A stretch of 64,000 nucleotides of DNA from Macrostomum hystrix (GCA_950097015.1 CATNEN010000001.1:18724001-18788000), one strand, 5' to 3'. Numbered from the stretch's first letter, positions 23,856 through 38,300 are shown. Notes: generated by a model not told the origin, from the sequence alone. Translations and numbers: made by a program.

Positions 23856-26800
23856 ATGAACAGGCTATTTATCAACACATTTTTACTCCTAACTTTAACT
23901 TTGAAAGAATCATTTACTGAAGTTTCAACGGATAATGATAAAGACATATTTGTTACGAAAAGTGAATTTTCCAGCGAAGAAAATCCAGCTTCTTTTTTAA
24001 AGAAAGAGTATTCACTTACGAAGCCTTTTCAAGGTAATTTTGACAGCCATGAAATAAATTTGTCATGTCAGTATTGCTGGCTATCTACAGTAGTTGGCCT
24101 ACTAATAGTACTCATAATAATACTATACTTTAATGTACTGTTGCCTATCAACTATAAATCACATCATAGTTAATAGTGATTACTTTGTCAATTAGTCAGA
24201 ATTATTGCATAGAATCCAGTAACAATCCAGTTGCATAGATTCTACTAGGTGCAGTGCAGACAAGACAAATATGAAAGGCTAGAGTGCACAGAAACATTTT
24301 GCATGCTCGAAGAAGGTGACTACATGCTCGAATTTTATTTGTGTTTTTATAATGTCTTATTACAATCTTTATATAAAGTCTAGATGTCTTCAACTTTAGC
24401 CTCTGTCTCTAGCCTAGGCCCTACTCATATAGGCCTAAGCCAATTAAAAAAAATTGACCTGTAAGCAGTGGTTAAGTATGTTTTCCTTGTCAACAACTCT
24501 GATTATTGTTATTTTTGTGCTACAAATGCATTGTACCCAGTGCCTACTTTGAGAACTAAGTGTGTATGCTAAGAACTGTATAAGTCAACTGTACTAAACA
24601 TACATCAGTGGCAGAAAAAAAATTTCTCCCTATAGGAAATAATGACATTTTTGCAGTCTTGTGTGTAGCAATTTTTTTCATTTCATGTTTGTAATATAAT
24701 AGCATATATCATACAATATAATAGCATACAATAGATTAGCACAACTAGGTACCATATAGTGCAACAATGTACATACATAGGATGTTAGCTTGGTGTAGCA
24801 CTCTTATTAGCTCAAACTTTACAGTTTCTTGCAAAAATTCCAGCAAATAAAATTAGTAAAAAGTGCAAAAATTTCTAATACAATAGGATTAGTCTGAATA
24901 ATGTGATTATAATAGTGATATAAATTCTATGTTACCAATGGCAATGGATGTTGATTATATTTTTTCTGAGAAATTGCCATTGAAATTGAAAAGCAAGGTC
25001 TAAAAATATCTATGCTTTACTACAAAACAAATATTAATAATAATGAAGTAAAAAAATCAAATATTAAGAAAGAAAGGGAAGAAAAAAATTAATTGCAAGG
25101 AACATTTCAATTAAGCCAAAATGAGAAATCAGCAGATTTTTTAAATTCAGGCAATTATTATAGTGCCTATAATAATCTTATAGAAATGTTACTTTTTGTT
25201 TCAAAAGGAGCAAGTGACTTAGTCTGAAATATAACTTGCCAGTTTACCAAGTTAAAAGGCAGTAGAAGCTTTGAAATTCACTTGTGCCAGAGAACAAGAC
25301 ACCAAATAGAGTAATTTGTGGTCACCGTTTAGGCCACCAGTATGCAAAAATAAATTTAATAGTAGAATCAAAGCAGAATAAGTACAAAGGAAAGATATTA
25401 CCACAAAGAGGTCAAAATAGAGTGGTAAACCCTGTTGCAATATTATATAGCAGGGAACCAAAACTACCAAAGCAAAACCACCAAGAGTAGTCATGATTGG
25501 TATGTAATTTTATAGAAAATGGTTGTAAATTGATCAAAGTGGGTTTCTTTTTAAATTTATTCCTCCTGAAACCCCTAGAGGCACAGATATATGAACCTAA
25601 TAAAATTGGAACTACAAGTATTTTATAGGATTAAAGTTCAGGGAGTCACTTTTGCAAATGGTTTAGGGTCCATGTAAACAATGCTATGGACCACAATGTG
25701 CAAACTGTTATGTTTCTTAGATAACAATAACAAGAGTGGGGGTTGGTGGCAGAGCAGTTAATGCATTTGCCTCTCATACCAAGGTCCCTAAGTTTGACTC
25801 TGCAGCGAGGCCACATTTATTTGGGGTGCAAACATGGAGAGAAGGCTTGGGGGCTTGTGCAATTTATGCGCTTAAGGGCCAACCTCCAAGGTACAGTGAA
25901 GTGTACACTGCCTGACATTAAAAATTAATGTGCATATACATGTACATGCACATGTGTCATGTAAACCCGTGTGTGCTTAGGAGTCAGTGAAATGGGCAGA
26001 ATTGCCTCCAGCGGGTCTAGTGTCACCAAATGATGTGCCATTGCCTGCAGCCCTCCTGCAATTATTATTTATTATTAGATAACGACATGCCTCATAATGT
26101 GCCTTTCATTTAGGCCAATGGGATTTTGGTGGCAGCACGGTGATTACATCTGATTTCATCCGGCTGACACCTGACAGCCAGTCCCACCGAGGCGCAGTCT
26201 GGTGCAAGGTGCCAGTCAGCATGCGCCACTGGGAAGTTCAGCTGAGCTTCAAGGTGCACGGCAGTGTTGGCAATCTATTTGGCGACGGTCTGGCATTCTG
26301 GTACGTTGACCCGGCCAACACAGAGTTCAATGGGCCTGTCTTCGGCGTGCAGGACAAATTCAGAGGCCTAGCAGTGCTGCTTGACACCTACAGCAACCAC
26401 AATGGACCGCACAGTCACGATCATCCGTACATATCCGCCATTGTTAACAATGGCAGCATGGTGTACGATCACGACAGGGACGGCACCCACTCCCAGCTGT
26501 CCGGTTGCACCGCCAAATTTCGCAATCGCGATCACGACACCCTCGTGTCGATCCGCTACGTTAACAATGTCCTGCTTGTAGCTACCGACATTGACAATAA
26601 GCGCGCCTGGCAGCACTGCTTCCGGGTGCCCAATGTTCGCCTGCCGACTCATTTCGTGTTCGGCGTCAGCGCAATGACTGGAGACCTGTCCGATAACCAT
26701 GACCTCTTGTCTGTAAAGGTCTACGAGATTGAACCGGTAGGATATTGATTCTGATAGGAGTTTTGGTTCCGTGATCGGTTTTTGGGAATCCTTGACCTCT

Positions 26801-27939
26801 AGATGGGATTTTGTGTTCACTTACTGATTATTTGATTGAATTCCCGTTTTCACTAATTCTGTAATGGGATTTCCGTGTTCACTGATTCTGTGATGGGATT
26901 TCCGTGTTCACTGATTCTGTAATGGGATTTCCGTGTTCACTGATTCTGTAATGGGATTTCCGTGTTCACTGATTCTGTAATGGGATTTCCGTGTTCACTG
27001 ATTCTGTAATGGGATTTCCGTGTTCACTGATTCTGTAATGGGATTTCCGTGTTCACTGATTCTGTAATGGGATTTCCGTGTTCACTGATTCTGTAATGGG
27101 ATTTCCGTGTTCACTGATTCTGTAATGGGATTTTTGTGTTCACTGATTCTGTAATGGGATTTTTGTGTTCACTGATTCTGTAATGGGATTTTTGTGTTCA
27201 CTGATTCTGTGATGGGATTTCCGTGTTCACTGATTCTGTAATGGGATTTCCGTGTTCACTGATTCTGTAATGGGATTTCCGTGTTCACTGATTCTGTAAT
27301 GGGATTTTTGTGTTCACTGATTCTGTAATGGGATTTTTGTGTTCACTGATTCTGTAATGGGATTTTTGTGTTCACTGATTCTGTAATGGGATTTCCGTGT
27401 TCACTGATTCTGTAATGGGATTTCCGTGTTCACTGATACTGTAATGGGATTTCCGTGTTCACTGATTCTGTAATGGGATTTCCGTGTTCACTGATTCTGT
27501 AATGGGATTTTTGTGTTCACTGATTCTGTAATAAACAAGGAATATACTGTGATTTCCTAATATGATTTTATAGCTACAGTTTATCCTATTTTATCCCATT
27601 CGCTCCCATCGCAGACCGAGCCAGTGGTCGAGGACTCGAGTGTCGATTATCGAACTGTCGAGCCGTCCGCTGACGGCGCGGAGCCCGCTAGGTGTGAGTA
27701 ACACAGCCTCTATAAATAGTTATATAGTTGCCATGACATTCTGTGCCTGCTGACTGGGTCTCAAATCCCATCTGAACTACACCATTGCAGCTCACATTGA
27801 CAGCCCGGCCAGTAGTGGCTGGTCATTCCTGCGCATCTTACTAGTGGTGCTGTTCCTTGGCATCGGACTGGTGACAGTGGTGGTTCTGGCTCTGCTGTAC
27901 CACAGCCGGCAGCAGAGAAAACGGAAGCGATTCTACTGA
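23856..27939 (+). CDS. LMAN2: VIP36/VIPL-like L-type lectin, 4 exons, ~342 aa
   Basis: Exons 23856-24033, 26114-26736, 27615-27693, 27791-27939. Signal peptide, KKEYSLTKPFQG, IRLTPDSQSHRGAVW, GDGLAFWY, DTYSNHNG, YDHDRDGTH, TGDLSDNHD, TM and a C-terminal RKRFY. LMAN2 vs LMAN2L cannot be distinguished. Confidence 0.93.
26825..27530. repeat. 29-bp intronic minisatellite
   Basis: gtgttcactgattctgtaatgggatttcc tandem units in VIP36 intron 2. Confidence 0.95.
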
Positions 27940-28099
27940 GCGTGTGGCACCAGCGACACCAATGCCTAAATCTGTCAAACTGTGCGAACTCGTGTGCCAA
28001 ACAACTGCTTCCTGTCTGCCTAGCTATTCCTGTTTTCCTCTTGGCCTTATTTTATTCCGCAATACTGGTCACACTTTTAGCTTGTCTGTGAACCTTTCG

Positions 28100-28360
28100 C
28101 GTCTCTCCTCTCCTTCCTTCCTCTCCCCTCTTACCATTCTTCCCTCTTCCCACTCTCCCCTCTTCCCATTCTCCCCTCTTCCCACTCTCCCCTCTTCCCA
28201 CCCTCCCCTCTTCCCATTCTCCCCTCTTCCCATTCTACTCTCCTTTCCTCTGTTTCCATAATTTCTTCCCTATTTCTATTCTCCCTCCTCCATTCTCCTC
28301 TTTTCCCATTCTCGTGTCCTTTAATTTCCCTTTTTCCAAATCTCCCCTCTTCCCAATCTC
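28100..28360. repeat. Pyrimidine-rich low-complexity repeat
   Basis: ctcccctcttcccatt-like units downstream of the VIP36 stop codon. Confidence 0.75.
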
Positions 28361-29297
28361 ATCCATCGCTGATATCAAAGCAGTTTTAGCCATAGTCCAA
28401 TAGAAAACTGTTTCTATCGCGCCCAGATGGCCCAGTGGCTGCAATTATTTGTATTTCATTTCTAAGCCTGACGAATTGTAGCCAGAATCCAACTCAGCTC
28501 AAAAGTTTTTTGCCAATTTTTTTCAGTTCTTTATTCGGCAAGTCATTCGATAAATTCGGAGAATCAACATTTATTTGATTTCAGAATGTTTTAATTGTCT
28601 CGATTTGAAATTTTCAAACCTCTTTTATCTGTTTTACTCCAACCAATAATTTTTTTGTTTCCATAATTTTTATTTATCAAAGCAGAGATTTTTTATTTGT
28701 CGTTGATCTGAAAGAATTTCACAATAATTCCATTATTATCTAATACATTTTTATTTTTTCGAACAATCAAAATAAACAAACGAGTTTAGCTAATCTTACT
28801 GCCAGTACTATCGAATGGCTATATGAATTGAGATTTTACAATGCCTAAAATTATCCATCTGGTCTGTGTGAATCACTTCGAAAAGAAGCATTTCTAAAAA
28901 TGGTGGATTTGCTTTTTTATTTAATTATTCAAATGAAAGTAATAGTTACAAGTCCTTTTTTGTCTTTGAAAGTTAGAAATATGTGAAATATCTCAGTTTG
29001 GAAAAACTGAATAATTAGTTGGTCACTCATGTTTAGGTGTTGCTTTTGTGCAGGTTAAAATAAATGATGTTCAGTCAGCTGTGCTATTAGTTTAGCTGCA
29101 ATTAAAATTGGCAGCTGGCCTACAAATGGGATTGCGTTTGTGTACACACCGCTTTACCACAGGACAATCAATACTTAATTGTCCGAGTCCTCTACAGTAG
29201 CCAACCTTAGTCAATGAAAGTGCAATGCGCTGTCCATGACAAATCGGAATTTGAAATGGAAAGCATGATTCTTAATGCAAGTCCAGTGCTGGGTCGC

Positions 29298-31619
29298 TCA
29301 AGCCCAGGACGATGGCATGAACCTGGGTATGTCGTCAGCGTCCACCTGCTTGACGTAGCGAATCTTGGCCTTGCCGCAGTATCCACGGCAGCAGCGAACC
29401 ATGCATAGAGTCAGCAGCACCAGCAGCGTCACGCCAACGATGGTGTATAGCACCAACAGCGTGATGAACTCTGAGTTCCGGTCCTGCATCAGCGCCTGAG
29501 GTTGCCGCAAATAGAAATTGGTTGATGAGACACTCAACTGATTGGCTATCCTACCACCCTCAGCTGATTGGCTGTCCTACCACCCTCAGCTGATTGGCTA
29601 TCCTACCACCCTCAGCTGATTGGCTGTCCTACCACCCTCAGCTGATTGGCTATCCTACCACCCTCAGCTGATTGGCTATCCTACCACCCTCAGCTGATTG
29701 GCTGTCCTACCACCCTCAGCTGATTGGCTATCCTACCACCCTCAGCTGATTGGCTGTCCTACCACCCTCAGCTGATTGGCTATCCTACCACCCTCAGCTG
29801 ATTGGCTGTCCTACCACCCTCAGCTGATTGGCTATCCTACCACCCTCAGCTGATTGGCTATCCTACCACCCTCAGCTGATTGGCTGTCCTACCACCCTCA
29901 GCTGATTGGCTATCCTACCACCCTCAGCTGATTGGCTATCCTACCACCCTCAGCTGATTGGCTGTCCTACCACCCTCAGCTGATTGGCTGTCCTACCACC
30001 CTCAGCTCAGCACCAGTCCGACAGCCCAGAGGTGCAACACTCACATGTAGGGTGCTGACGGTATTGTCGTTAACAGAACTGGCATTGCGCTGCACTACAT
30101 CCACAGTCTCTTCGATTAGCGGTGGCGTGGCCGCGGTGGTCCTGGGTGTCCCGGCAGCAGGCTGCCGTTTCGCCGTGGTGCCGGAGCCCCACGGAGGCAG
30201 CCAGCCCTCTGGATGACCGTCGGGTCGGAGGGCGATGACGGGGAATTTGGCGTGATCAACAGTTTCGTCTCCTGGCATCTCGTGCTCATCCTCTGGCGCA
30301 TAGGGGTCGTCGGCGAACTCGGACTCCGGCTTTTTCACTAGCTTGGTCTTTGTACGGCCTACCCTGGGAGTGGCCGTTGGCGTCTTTGTTGCTGCTGTTG
30401 TTGTCCGTTGGCCGGACTTACTTTTAGTTGTCCTGGTGTGGGATTCGTCAACTGGCGAGCCCCGGAGGCAGAGGAAGTAGCGACGGTGGCTGCAGCTGGC
30501 GCGGTGCAGACCGAGCTCGGAGTCCACGGACAGCTTCAAGCAGGTGCACCGGTCTGAGGCTTCGTCTGAGTGGTACCCGAACCTGATTCCCGTGGGTCGC
30601 ACCTGTTTTATTTTGGAGTTTTTTGTTTCTATTTTATTTCTACATTTTGTGCTTTGAAAAGTCTTGCCACAATTAATTCCTCTAACACAGTTTGCATACG
30701 TATGGTAAGAACAGCTCAGATGATTTGAGAACAGCTCAGATGATTTGAGAACAGCTCAGATGATTTGAGAATAGCTCAGATGATTTGAGAATAGCTCAGA
30801 TGATTTGAGAACAGCTCAGATGATTTGAGAACAGCTCAGATGATTTGAGAACAGCTCAGATGATTTGAGAACAGCTCAGATGATTTGAGAATAGCTCAGA
30901 TGATTTGAGAATAGCTCAGATGATTTGAGAACAGCTCAGATGATTTGAGAACAGCTCAGATGATTTGAGAACAGCTCAGATGATTTGAGAACAGCTCAGA
31001 TGATTTGAGAACAGCTCAGATGATTTGAGAATAGCTCAGATGATTTGAGAATAGCTCAGATGATTTGAGAACAGCTCAGATGATTTGAGAACAGCTCAGA
31101 TGATTTGAGAACAGCTCAGATGATTTGAGAACAGCTCAGATGATTTGAGAACAGCTCAGATGATTTGAGAATAGCTCAGATGATTTGAGAATAGCTCAGA
31201 TGATTTGAGAACAGCTCAGATGATTTGAGAACAGCTCAGATGATTTGAGAATAGCTCAGATGATTTGAGAATAGCTCAGATGATTTGAGAATAGCTCAGA
31301 TGATTTTGGAATAGCTCAGATGATTTGAGAACAGCTCAGATGATTTGAGAACAAGCTCAGCTGTACTCACCCAATAGCAGAGTCCTCGACGCATGTGTCT
31401 GGCTACGTCTCTCTGACGGTTCGCAGCAGTCAGCAGACCACCCAGACCAGCAGCCGTGCACCAGTTGTCGGCGCTCAGCCAAGTCTCCTTGTGCCTACTG
31501 ACATAGTGGCGCCACAGCGCCTGGCCTGCTCTGGATCTGCGGGCTTCGCCGACCTGAGCACAGGACAGCAGAGCAGCCACCGAGCACAGCAGCACTGTCA
31601 GCGCTGATACTAGTCGCAT
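29298..31619 (-). CDS. Type I membrane protein with a divergent C-type lectin-like domain and a Thr/Pro-rich stalk, 3 exons, ~334 aa
   Basis: Exons 31619-31371, 30602-30045, 29495-29298 (all phase 0). Signal peptide; ETWLSADNWC..GGLL..CYWV..RCTCL..ASCSHRRYFLC; T-rich stalk; TM FITLLVLYTIVGVTLLVLLTLCMV. Confidence 0.75.
29538..30007. repeat. 27-bp intronic minisatellite (cagctgattggct[a/g]tcctaccaccct)
   Basis: About 17 tandem units filling lectin intron 2. Confidence 0.95.
30708..31352. repeat. 20-bp intronic minisatellite (gaa[c/t]agctcagatgatttga)
   Basis: About 32 tandem units in lectin intron 1. Confidence 0.96.
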
Positions 31620-32414
31620 CGTGTGGGAATTCGGAAAGCTTCGAGAATATTTCGTGTCGAGAGAGAATGTGTTTCTTCTAGAAAGATACTTGTCTTCTGT
31701 TTACGTCGGCTAAGAACTCACACTGAGGGCTCATTTTCTTCTTCAATTTGAGTTGTGAGACAGACAGATAGAAGATGGAGAGAAACCTAGTTCAAGCTGA
31801 ACAATGGGCAATGCACAATGCACAATATTCTGAGCTGGGGGTGATATGCAGGGGACGAGAAACAAGAGAATAATGTGCAACGAATTCAGAATCTGCAGTT
31901 TAGCGAGCGTATTGAAGTTCGTCACTCTAAGACAAGAGAGAACCGAAACTCACTCTCCTGTCTCCTCCTGTCTCCTGCAGAGGGGCCTGCATGAGGTGGG
32001 TCATTGTGGTGAGTTTGCGGAGCACGCGCCGCCACTCTGCTAACAACTTGTGAACATGTGACCGAACATCTCGGGTTGGGTTTTTTTGGGTGTCAATTTA
32101 GGAATTCGTAATTAACAAAGTAGAAAAACCTGAGTAGTCCGCTACGAGTACAACTTTCGGAATGTGGCGTAACCGCCTAGGCTCCACGACAATGAAAACA
32201 AAAGCATCGGCAAAGATAATGGAAAAGAGGAGAACGTTTTTTGGTATAGAGAGCCGCGAAGAGTGGAACCCGATCGATAACTAATGACGATGAGTCGCAG
32301 TTTGTCAATGTGCCTGCAGCACTGCGTCACGAAATACCTGCGCCTCAGAGCCAGCTGATTCAAGCTGCAGCACCACTACCTTCGCCGCGCCAATTTTGTC
32401 CAATAAGGGCTATC

Positions 32415-32701
32415 CTTCCACCCTTAGCTGATTGGCTGCCCATCCACGCTCAGCTGATTGGCTGCCCATCCACGCTCAGCTGATTGGCTGCCCTTCGACG
32501 CTCAGCTGATTGGCTGCCCTTCGACGCTCAGCTGATTGGCTGCCCTTCGACGCTCAGCTGATTGGCTGCCCATCCACGCTCAGCTGATTGGCTGCCCTTC
32601 CACGCTCAGCTGATTGGCTGCCCTTCCACCCTCAGCTGATTGGCTGTCTTTTCATCTTCAGCTTCAGCTGATTAGCTGTCTTTGCACCCTCAGCTGATTG
32701 G
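32415..32701. repeat. 26-bp minisatellite related to the 29.5-kb array
   Basis: cagctgattggctgcccttccacgct units share the tcagctgattggct core. Confidence 0.92.
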
Positions 32702-32709
32702 TATAAAGA

Positions 32710-34270
32710 ACATGCTTATCAGAATAACTTTTACAGTCACATTAAAAATTAAGATTTGCTTCGTGGAAATCTTTTTTAATAACATGCTTCGGAATTCCCA
32801 TTGATTTTTTAATGGCAGACTTCCAAGTTTTTACAAAAAGGACTTTGCCCTCAAACCGATAAACTCTGTAATGAGGGCGCCAGCCGATTACATCCTTCAT
32901 TTTTCCTACAACTTTTTGATTTGTTGTATCACGTACTTGATCGCCTTTCAAAGTCTTGAAGGACTCTGGATATTCGGATAGGTCATACAGATGTTTTTGA
33001 TTCAACATGTCCTGATAGACATCCTCAGTCTGTATGTTTAGAATTAGGGAGTCTGTGTCAGTATATAGAAGTTTCAGTTGTTCACCATATTGCCGCTTCA
33101 TGTCATAGAAGAATTTATACATCAGGCGCTTCGACTCATCGAGTACAGTCACACCTGTGAATATCGGCTTGCATAGGGTAACTTTTGTCTTGTAAAACAG
33201 AATGGCACCCAAGTAATCATTAAAGATATTATACTCTTTGAAATTGGGCTTTGATAAACTTGTCTGAATGACACCAGGCTCATGACAGGTAACACGTTTC
33301 AGGTTCGTGCGGTTGCGTTCGTTTTCTAGGGTCTTGCCATAGACAGAGTTGTTTGCAAGCTTGAACAGGTCCTTGTCAAAGCTGTTTGTTGCTTTAGTTC
33401 TAAACTGGGTGTTTTTTCTATGTATGGCTTCATCCACGCTTCTTCTGTGAATGCGAGAGCCCTGTGAACTTTCGTGACCCTACAACCTAGGGAGATAAAA
33501 TACCGCAACAGCTTGTAGTGGATTTTATAGCGTATCTTGTTCATGAGATTTTGTGTCTATATTTCCACACGATCTACTTCGGTACATAGCCGCCAGCTTC
33601 CATCATCATTTTGGATTATCTTTGGACAGTTAATGTTCTCAGGGAAGGGGGCAAAGTCAGAGAAATATTCGTGAGGTTCCCATGGGATTTCAACATCAAC
33701 TTCATAGATCGCAGGTACTGAAAAGTCTGTGTTGTATTGTGTTAGCCACTGGAAATCTCTAGCAGGCAAATCTTGGCTCATAGCCCATGGTTGGAAGGCT
33801 GTTCTTTATCATAGTCTTCTAGACACGGGAAAGGTTCGGAGACAGAATCTTCGGTCTCGCTGATGATTTTACCATTTCTTGGATCCGCTTCGATTGATTT
33901 TAAAAAGAAGTTAGAAAAGAGGTTTTTTAGACTTCTCAATTGCAAAATGTCCGAAGATGAAGATGTCCGCTTTGGACGAAACGCGTCGGCAGTTTAAATA
34001 GATCAAATGTTTGTTTTGACGTTTGCTCTTTTGCTAATTTTAAAGCGAGCTACATTACCACAGTTTTTCTTTGACGTCAACGCTCGATTTCTAGATACGG
34101 ATTGTTTGCCTTTGCATGCCTATGGACACAAATACCACCTCTCTTAGATGAATCTATAAAGTTGTACGAGTACATGTCTATGTCTGTAAGCAGCCGGATT
34201 TCCATCCCATTTCATTTTAAGCAATGATTCCCAACTAGTAGCAGGCAAAGACACATAATGAGATGATGAG
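32710..34270 (-). pseudogene. Polinton/Maverick-type protein-primed family B DNA polymerase remnant
   Basis: KDLFKLANNSVYGKTLEN, KPIFTGVTVLDESKRLMYKFFY, LLYTDTDSL, VGKMKD. Upstream pieces YKIHYKLLRY..VTKVHRALAF, MSQDLP..FQW and HYVSLPATSW..IRLLTDIDMY..KRGGI. Multiple frameshifts and an interruption at ~33790-34090. Confidence 0.88.
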
Positions 34271-35364
34271 ATAAGTTTTCACATCTACATCAGAATATGG
34301 AGACGGATTTTGCGAGAGAGGTAGGGACCCTTTTTTCCTGATCACTTCGGGAAGAATAAAGTTAATAGTTTGTGGATTATGGAGGCTGCGATAATTTTTG
34401 TCCCAGATATGCAACTCACAAACTGATCTGGAATATTAAAAGTAGAGAATTTAGAATATGAAGACAGATTTTTTGGAGAAAGGTGGGACCCTCTTTTTCC
34501 TGATCTCTTCGGGAAGAATAAAGGTAATAGTTTGTGGATTATAGCGGCTGCGATAATTTTTGTCCCAGATAGCCCCTTTCGCCTAATACTGGGGAGACAG
34601 CACACAAAGTTTAGGCGCGGCCACGGGGAACATGCGGGCAGAGAGGTACAGGCCAGACGGCACCAGAGAGAGGCGGGCCGGGCAGTCGACAGCAGTTGTA
34701 TAGGTCTTGACAACAGAATGAGGGAAGAACAGAAAGCTTTCGCGCCCTATTAAATGTACTCTTTCAGTTCCTCATTGGTTACAAGGTTAGAAATACCATG
34801 AGCCGTACATTATGTCCACGCGTAGAGAGTGTGGCAATGGGCACATAAAGAGTTGGAGTGAAAATTGCCGGAGAATAAATACAATACTTATACTTCGCTG
34901 GCTAAGAAGAATGCTCAGTGGCTGAGAGAAACGCTGTTCATTTGAGGCGCTTAACTTGGTAGTCAACATTTTTCCAGTACAAGTCAAACTGCCACCATCT
35001 GCAAGCAATTGAAACTCGCTTTTAGTCATTTCTAGATTCTACAGCAAATTTCAGCAGGTGAGTTAATAAGTAATCAAACTCGTCACGTATCAGTATGGAG
35101 ATTGCCACACTGCACGTTAAATCTACGTTTAATTTTCGCTAATTTTCAAAAAACTCCCATCAAAGTCTGGAAACTATATGGGCAAACCTCGGTATCTATA
35201 AAAAAATTCTGTGATTTTTTCTACAGGTTCTTCGCCGTGATAAGCTGATAGTCTCCAGTGGATTAAAGAACTTCAGTACTTAAGATCCGAAGGTGTGCAA
35301 GCCAATTAGAAATTTGTATTGTGATACGAGCTCGTACTTGTCCGACACGTCCGACAGGAATCTA

Positions 35365-38300
35365 ATGGAAACCGAAAACATTAAAAGGCGTCCAGAAAAT
35401 CGCGATATTTTTTTAGCCCGACAGCAACTAAGAAGGATTAAGAATAAACAGGAGAGAGACATCCTATGCCAAACCTTAATTGATCGTGCCTTAGATGGGT
35501 GTCAGTGGAAAGTGGCGGAATATGTGCTGCAATATGTTTTCGACAAGGATGTCGCAGACAAGTGTTGCTTCAAGGCAGCAGAGTTAGCTGCAAGCGGTGG
35601 CTGTTTGGGTGATGCCATGAAGCTTTTTGCTAAACGAATAGAAGACAGGAAAACACGGTTGAATTGTTATGGCAAAGTTGCATTGTATGCTTGCATGAAA
35701 AAGCACTGGAGCCTCGTCAAGCCTGCTCTGCTGATGATCGCAACCGACAAGACTCCGAAGAGCAGTCCTTGTTCGACAGAAGCAGATCTCGAGCTTCAGA
35801 TCAAGGCCTTGGAAAATGTCGTGAAAGCAATAGAAGATAAATGCGTGAAGGACGAGTGCTGCATTGACGCGGCCAAGTCAGCTGCTGGAGCTGGCCAGTG
35901 GCGAGCTGCGAACTTCTTGGCACAACAGATTTCGGACAAAGGTTTAAAGCAGCTCTGCTGTTTGACGGTTGGGAAATCTGAAGCTAAATTCGGACAGCTC
36001 GATCATCTTCGTGATTTGTTGGAAGTAGCCGGCACTGTTGACTCGACAAAAGTTTGTCGCGACGAGGCAGTGAAATCTGCTGCAAGGTTTGGAAAGCTGA
36101 ACGTTGTTCAGTTCTTTGTACTGAAAGCTGGTGAAAGCGAAATAGTCGACGCCCGATGTCGTGCTTCTGCAGCTAAGCTTGCCGCACAGGGGCGTCAATG
36201 GGATATTGTGAAATTCCTTGTAAAACGCATTGACGCAAAGAGAGACAAAGATGAATGTGCCAGCGAAGCAGTAAAAGCTGCTTCTATTGATGGCGATCTG
36301 GAAGCTGCTAAATATTTCCTGAACTCTATCTCAAGCCGAAAAGAGAAAGACGGCTGTTGTGTGAAAACAACTGGCTTGACAGCGAGCCACAGTCAATGGA
36401 CATTAGTCGAATTTCTGGTTGAGTCGGCCGCAGAACAATCTGAAAAAGACAAATGCTGCATTGAGGCCTACCCTCACGCACTAAGTGAGCGTCAGTGGAA
36501 AGCTGTGCAGTTTCTTGTGCTCAGTATTTCCGATCAAAGAAGGAAAGACGCTCTATGCTCCGAGGCGACGATACGTGCTGCTAGGGCAGACCAATTAACA
36601 ACAGTGAAGGCACTTGTGGAGGCAATAGGGGAAGAATCTGTTCGCGATAGCTGTTTGGTGGATGCAGCCAGATCGGCAGCTGCTAAGAGGCACTGGGAAA
36701 TAGTTACATTTCTCGTGGATGCTACAACGGAACAACCACTCAAAGCTCAGTGCTGCATGGAGGCCGCAAAGTTCGCTTCAAGATTCGATCTTCTAGACAT
36801 AGTTAAATCCTTGCGTGAGAAAATCATGGACGCAAATGATAAAGATTTGTTTTGCTTGGAGATGGCAAAGTCTGCGGACGGCTTGCCTCAGTTGAAGATT
36901 GTTCAATCATTGTTGCAGACAGTCAGCCATAAGCCCACGCTGCAGCAGTGTTATATGGAGACAGCCAAGTCTGCTGCTATTGCTGGTCAGCTAAATGTTT
37001 CAAAAAGCATTCTGCAAAATATATGTGAACCTGACGTAATTAATCAGTGCTGTGAATATGCAGCGAAAGCCGCGATTCAAGAGCGCAAGCACGATCTCGG
37101 AAAATTTTTCATCTCAGAAATTACAGATAAATCTTTAAAGGATCGCTTTTGTCTCGAAGTGGCCAAGCTAGTCGCCAGTTCCCACCAGAAAATGCTAAAA
37201 TTTATCATTGATTCGGTTGCCAGTGAAACTGTGAAAGACGAGTGCTGCATGGAAGCAGTCAGGCCTACTGCTGATCGGAAGGACTGGAGGTCACTAGAAT
37301 TCCTGCTGAAGTCGATCACCAGCCAGAATGTTAGAGATCAGTGCTGCCCAGTGGCTCTAGAGTCTGCTGTCCAGAATGGAAATTGGGGCCAGATAAGAAC
37401 ATTTCTGCACTTCAGTTCTGAGGGATCTGTAAGAGATCGATGCTGTCTTGAAGCCATTAAGCGTGCTGCCGGAGGAACACGAAAGGGCAAGTGGCAAGTA
37501 TTGGACTCGCTAATAGACACTGTTACCGATCCAAGCTTGAAGGACCAATGCTGCATGGAGATCGTAGCGATTTCAACACGACTGCCGCTAAATAGTTTAA
37601 ACAGCATTTTGGCTAAGATATCTGACCCAGATATCAAAACTAAATTCTGCACGAAACTCGCTCGACGTGCTGCGATGGAAGCTGAATTAGATTTGGTGAA
37701 ATATCTTTCTCAGCAAGTTTGTAACCCTTCTGCGAAAGAAAAACTGCTGTTTAAGGCTGCAAAGTCAGCTGCTATAGAGCTTCAGTGGGAAGTGGCTAAA
37801 CCGTTAATTAAGGCACTGACTCAACAACATTTGAGAGACCAGTGCTACTTCCATGCAGCCAAGACAGCCGCACAGTGTGGTCAGCAGGAGCATGTGAAGA
37901 ACTTCTTTAAATCAATTCAAGCCAAATCTCTGAAACGTCTTTGCCGACTAGAAGCAGTTAAATCAGCTGCTGGAAACGGTCGCACTGGTGTGGTACAGTT
38001 CCTACTGATCAACTCCTCAGGACGTGTAATTGTAGAAGCGGCGAAGACTGCTGCATGCGAAAAACAAGTCGAAATAATCAAGCTTATTGATGAAAAACTT
38101 GCTGAAGACGCCCATCAGGCAAAGATTCGGCTCAGATTTTTTGTTGCAGTAGCTTCATGGCGGCATGGCTGCGACCTTAGCTTTCTCAGCCTGGAACCTG
38201 ACTGGCTCTTCCAGTCCAGCCAAGTCCTCAGCTTCACGGCCTCGATGGCCATCGAGGGCAGGAACGATGTTCTCAAGAAGACTCTGTCTCGAATGAAGCC

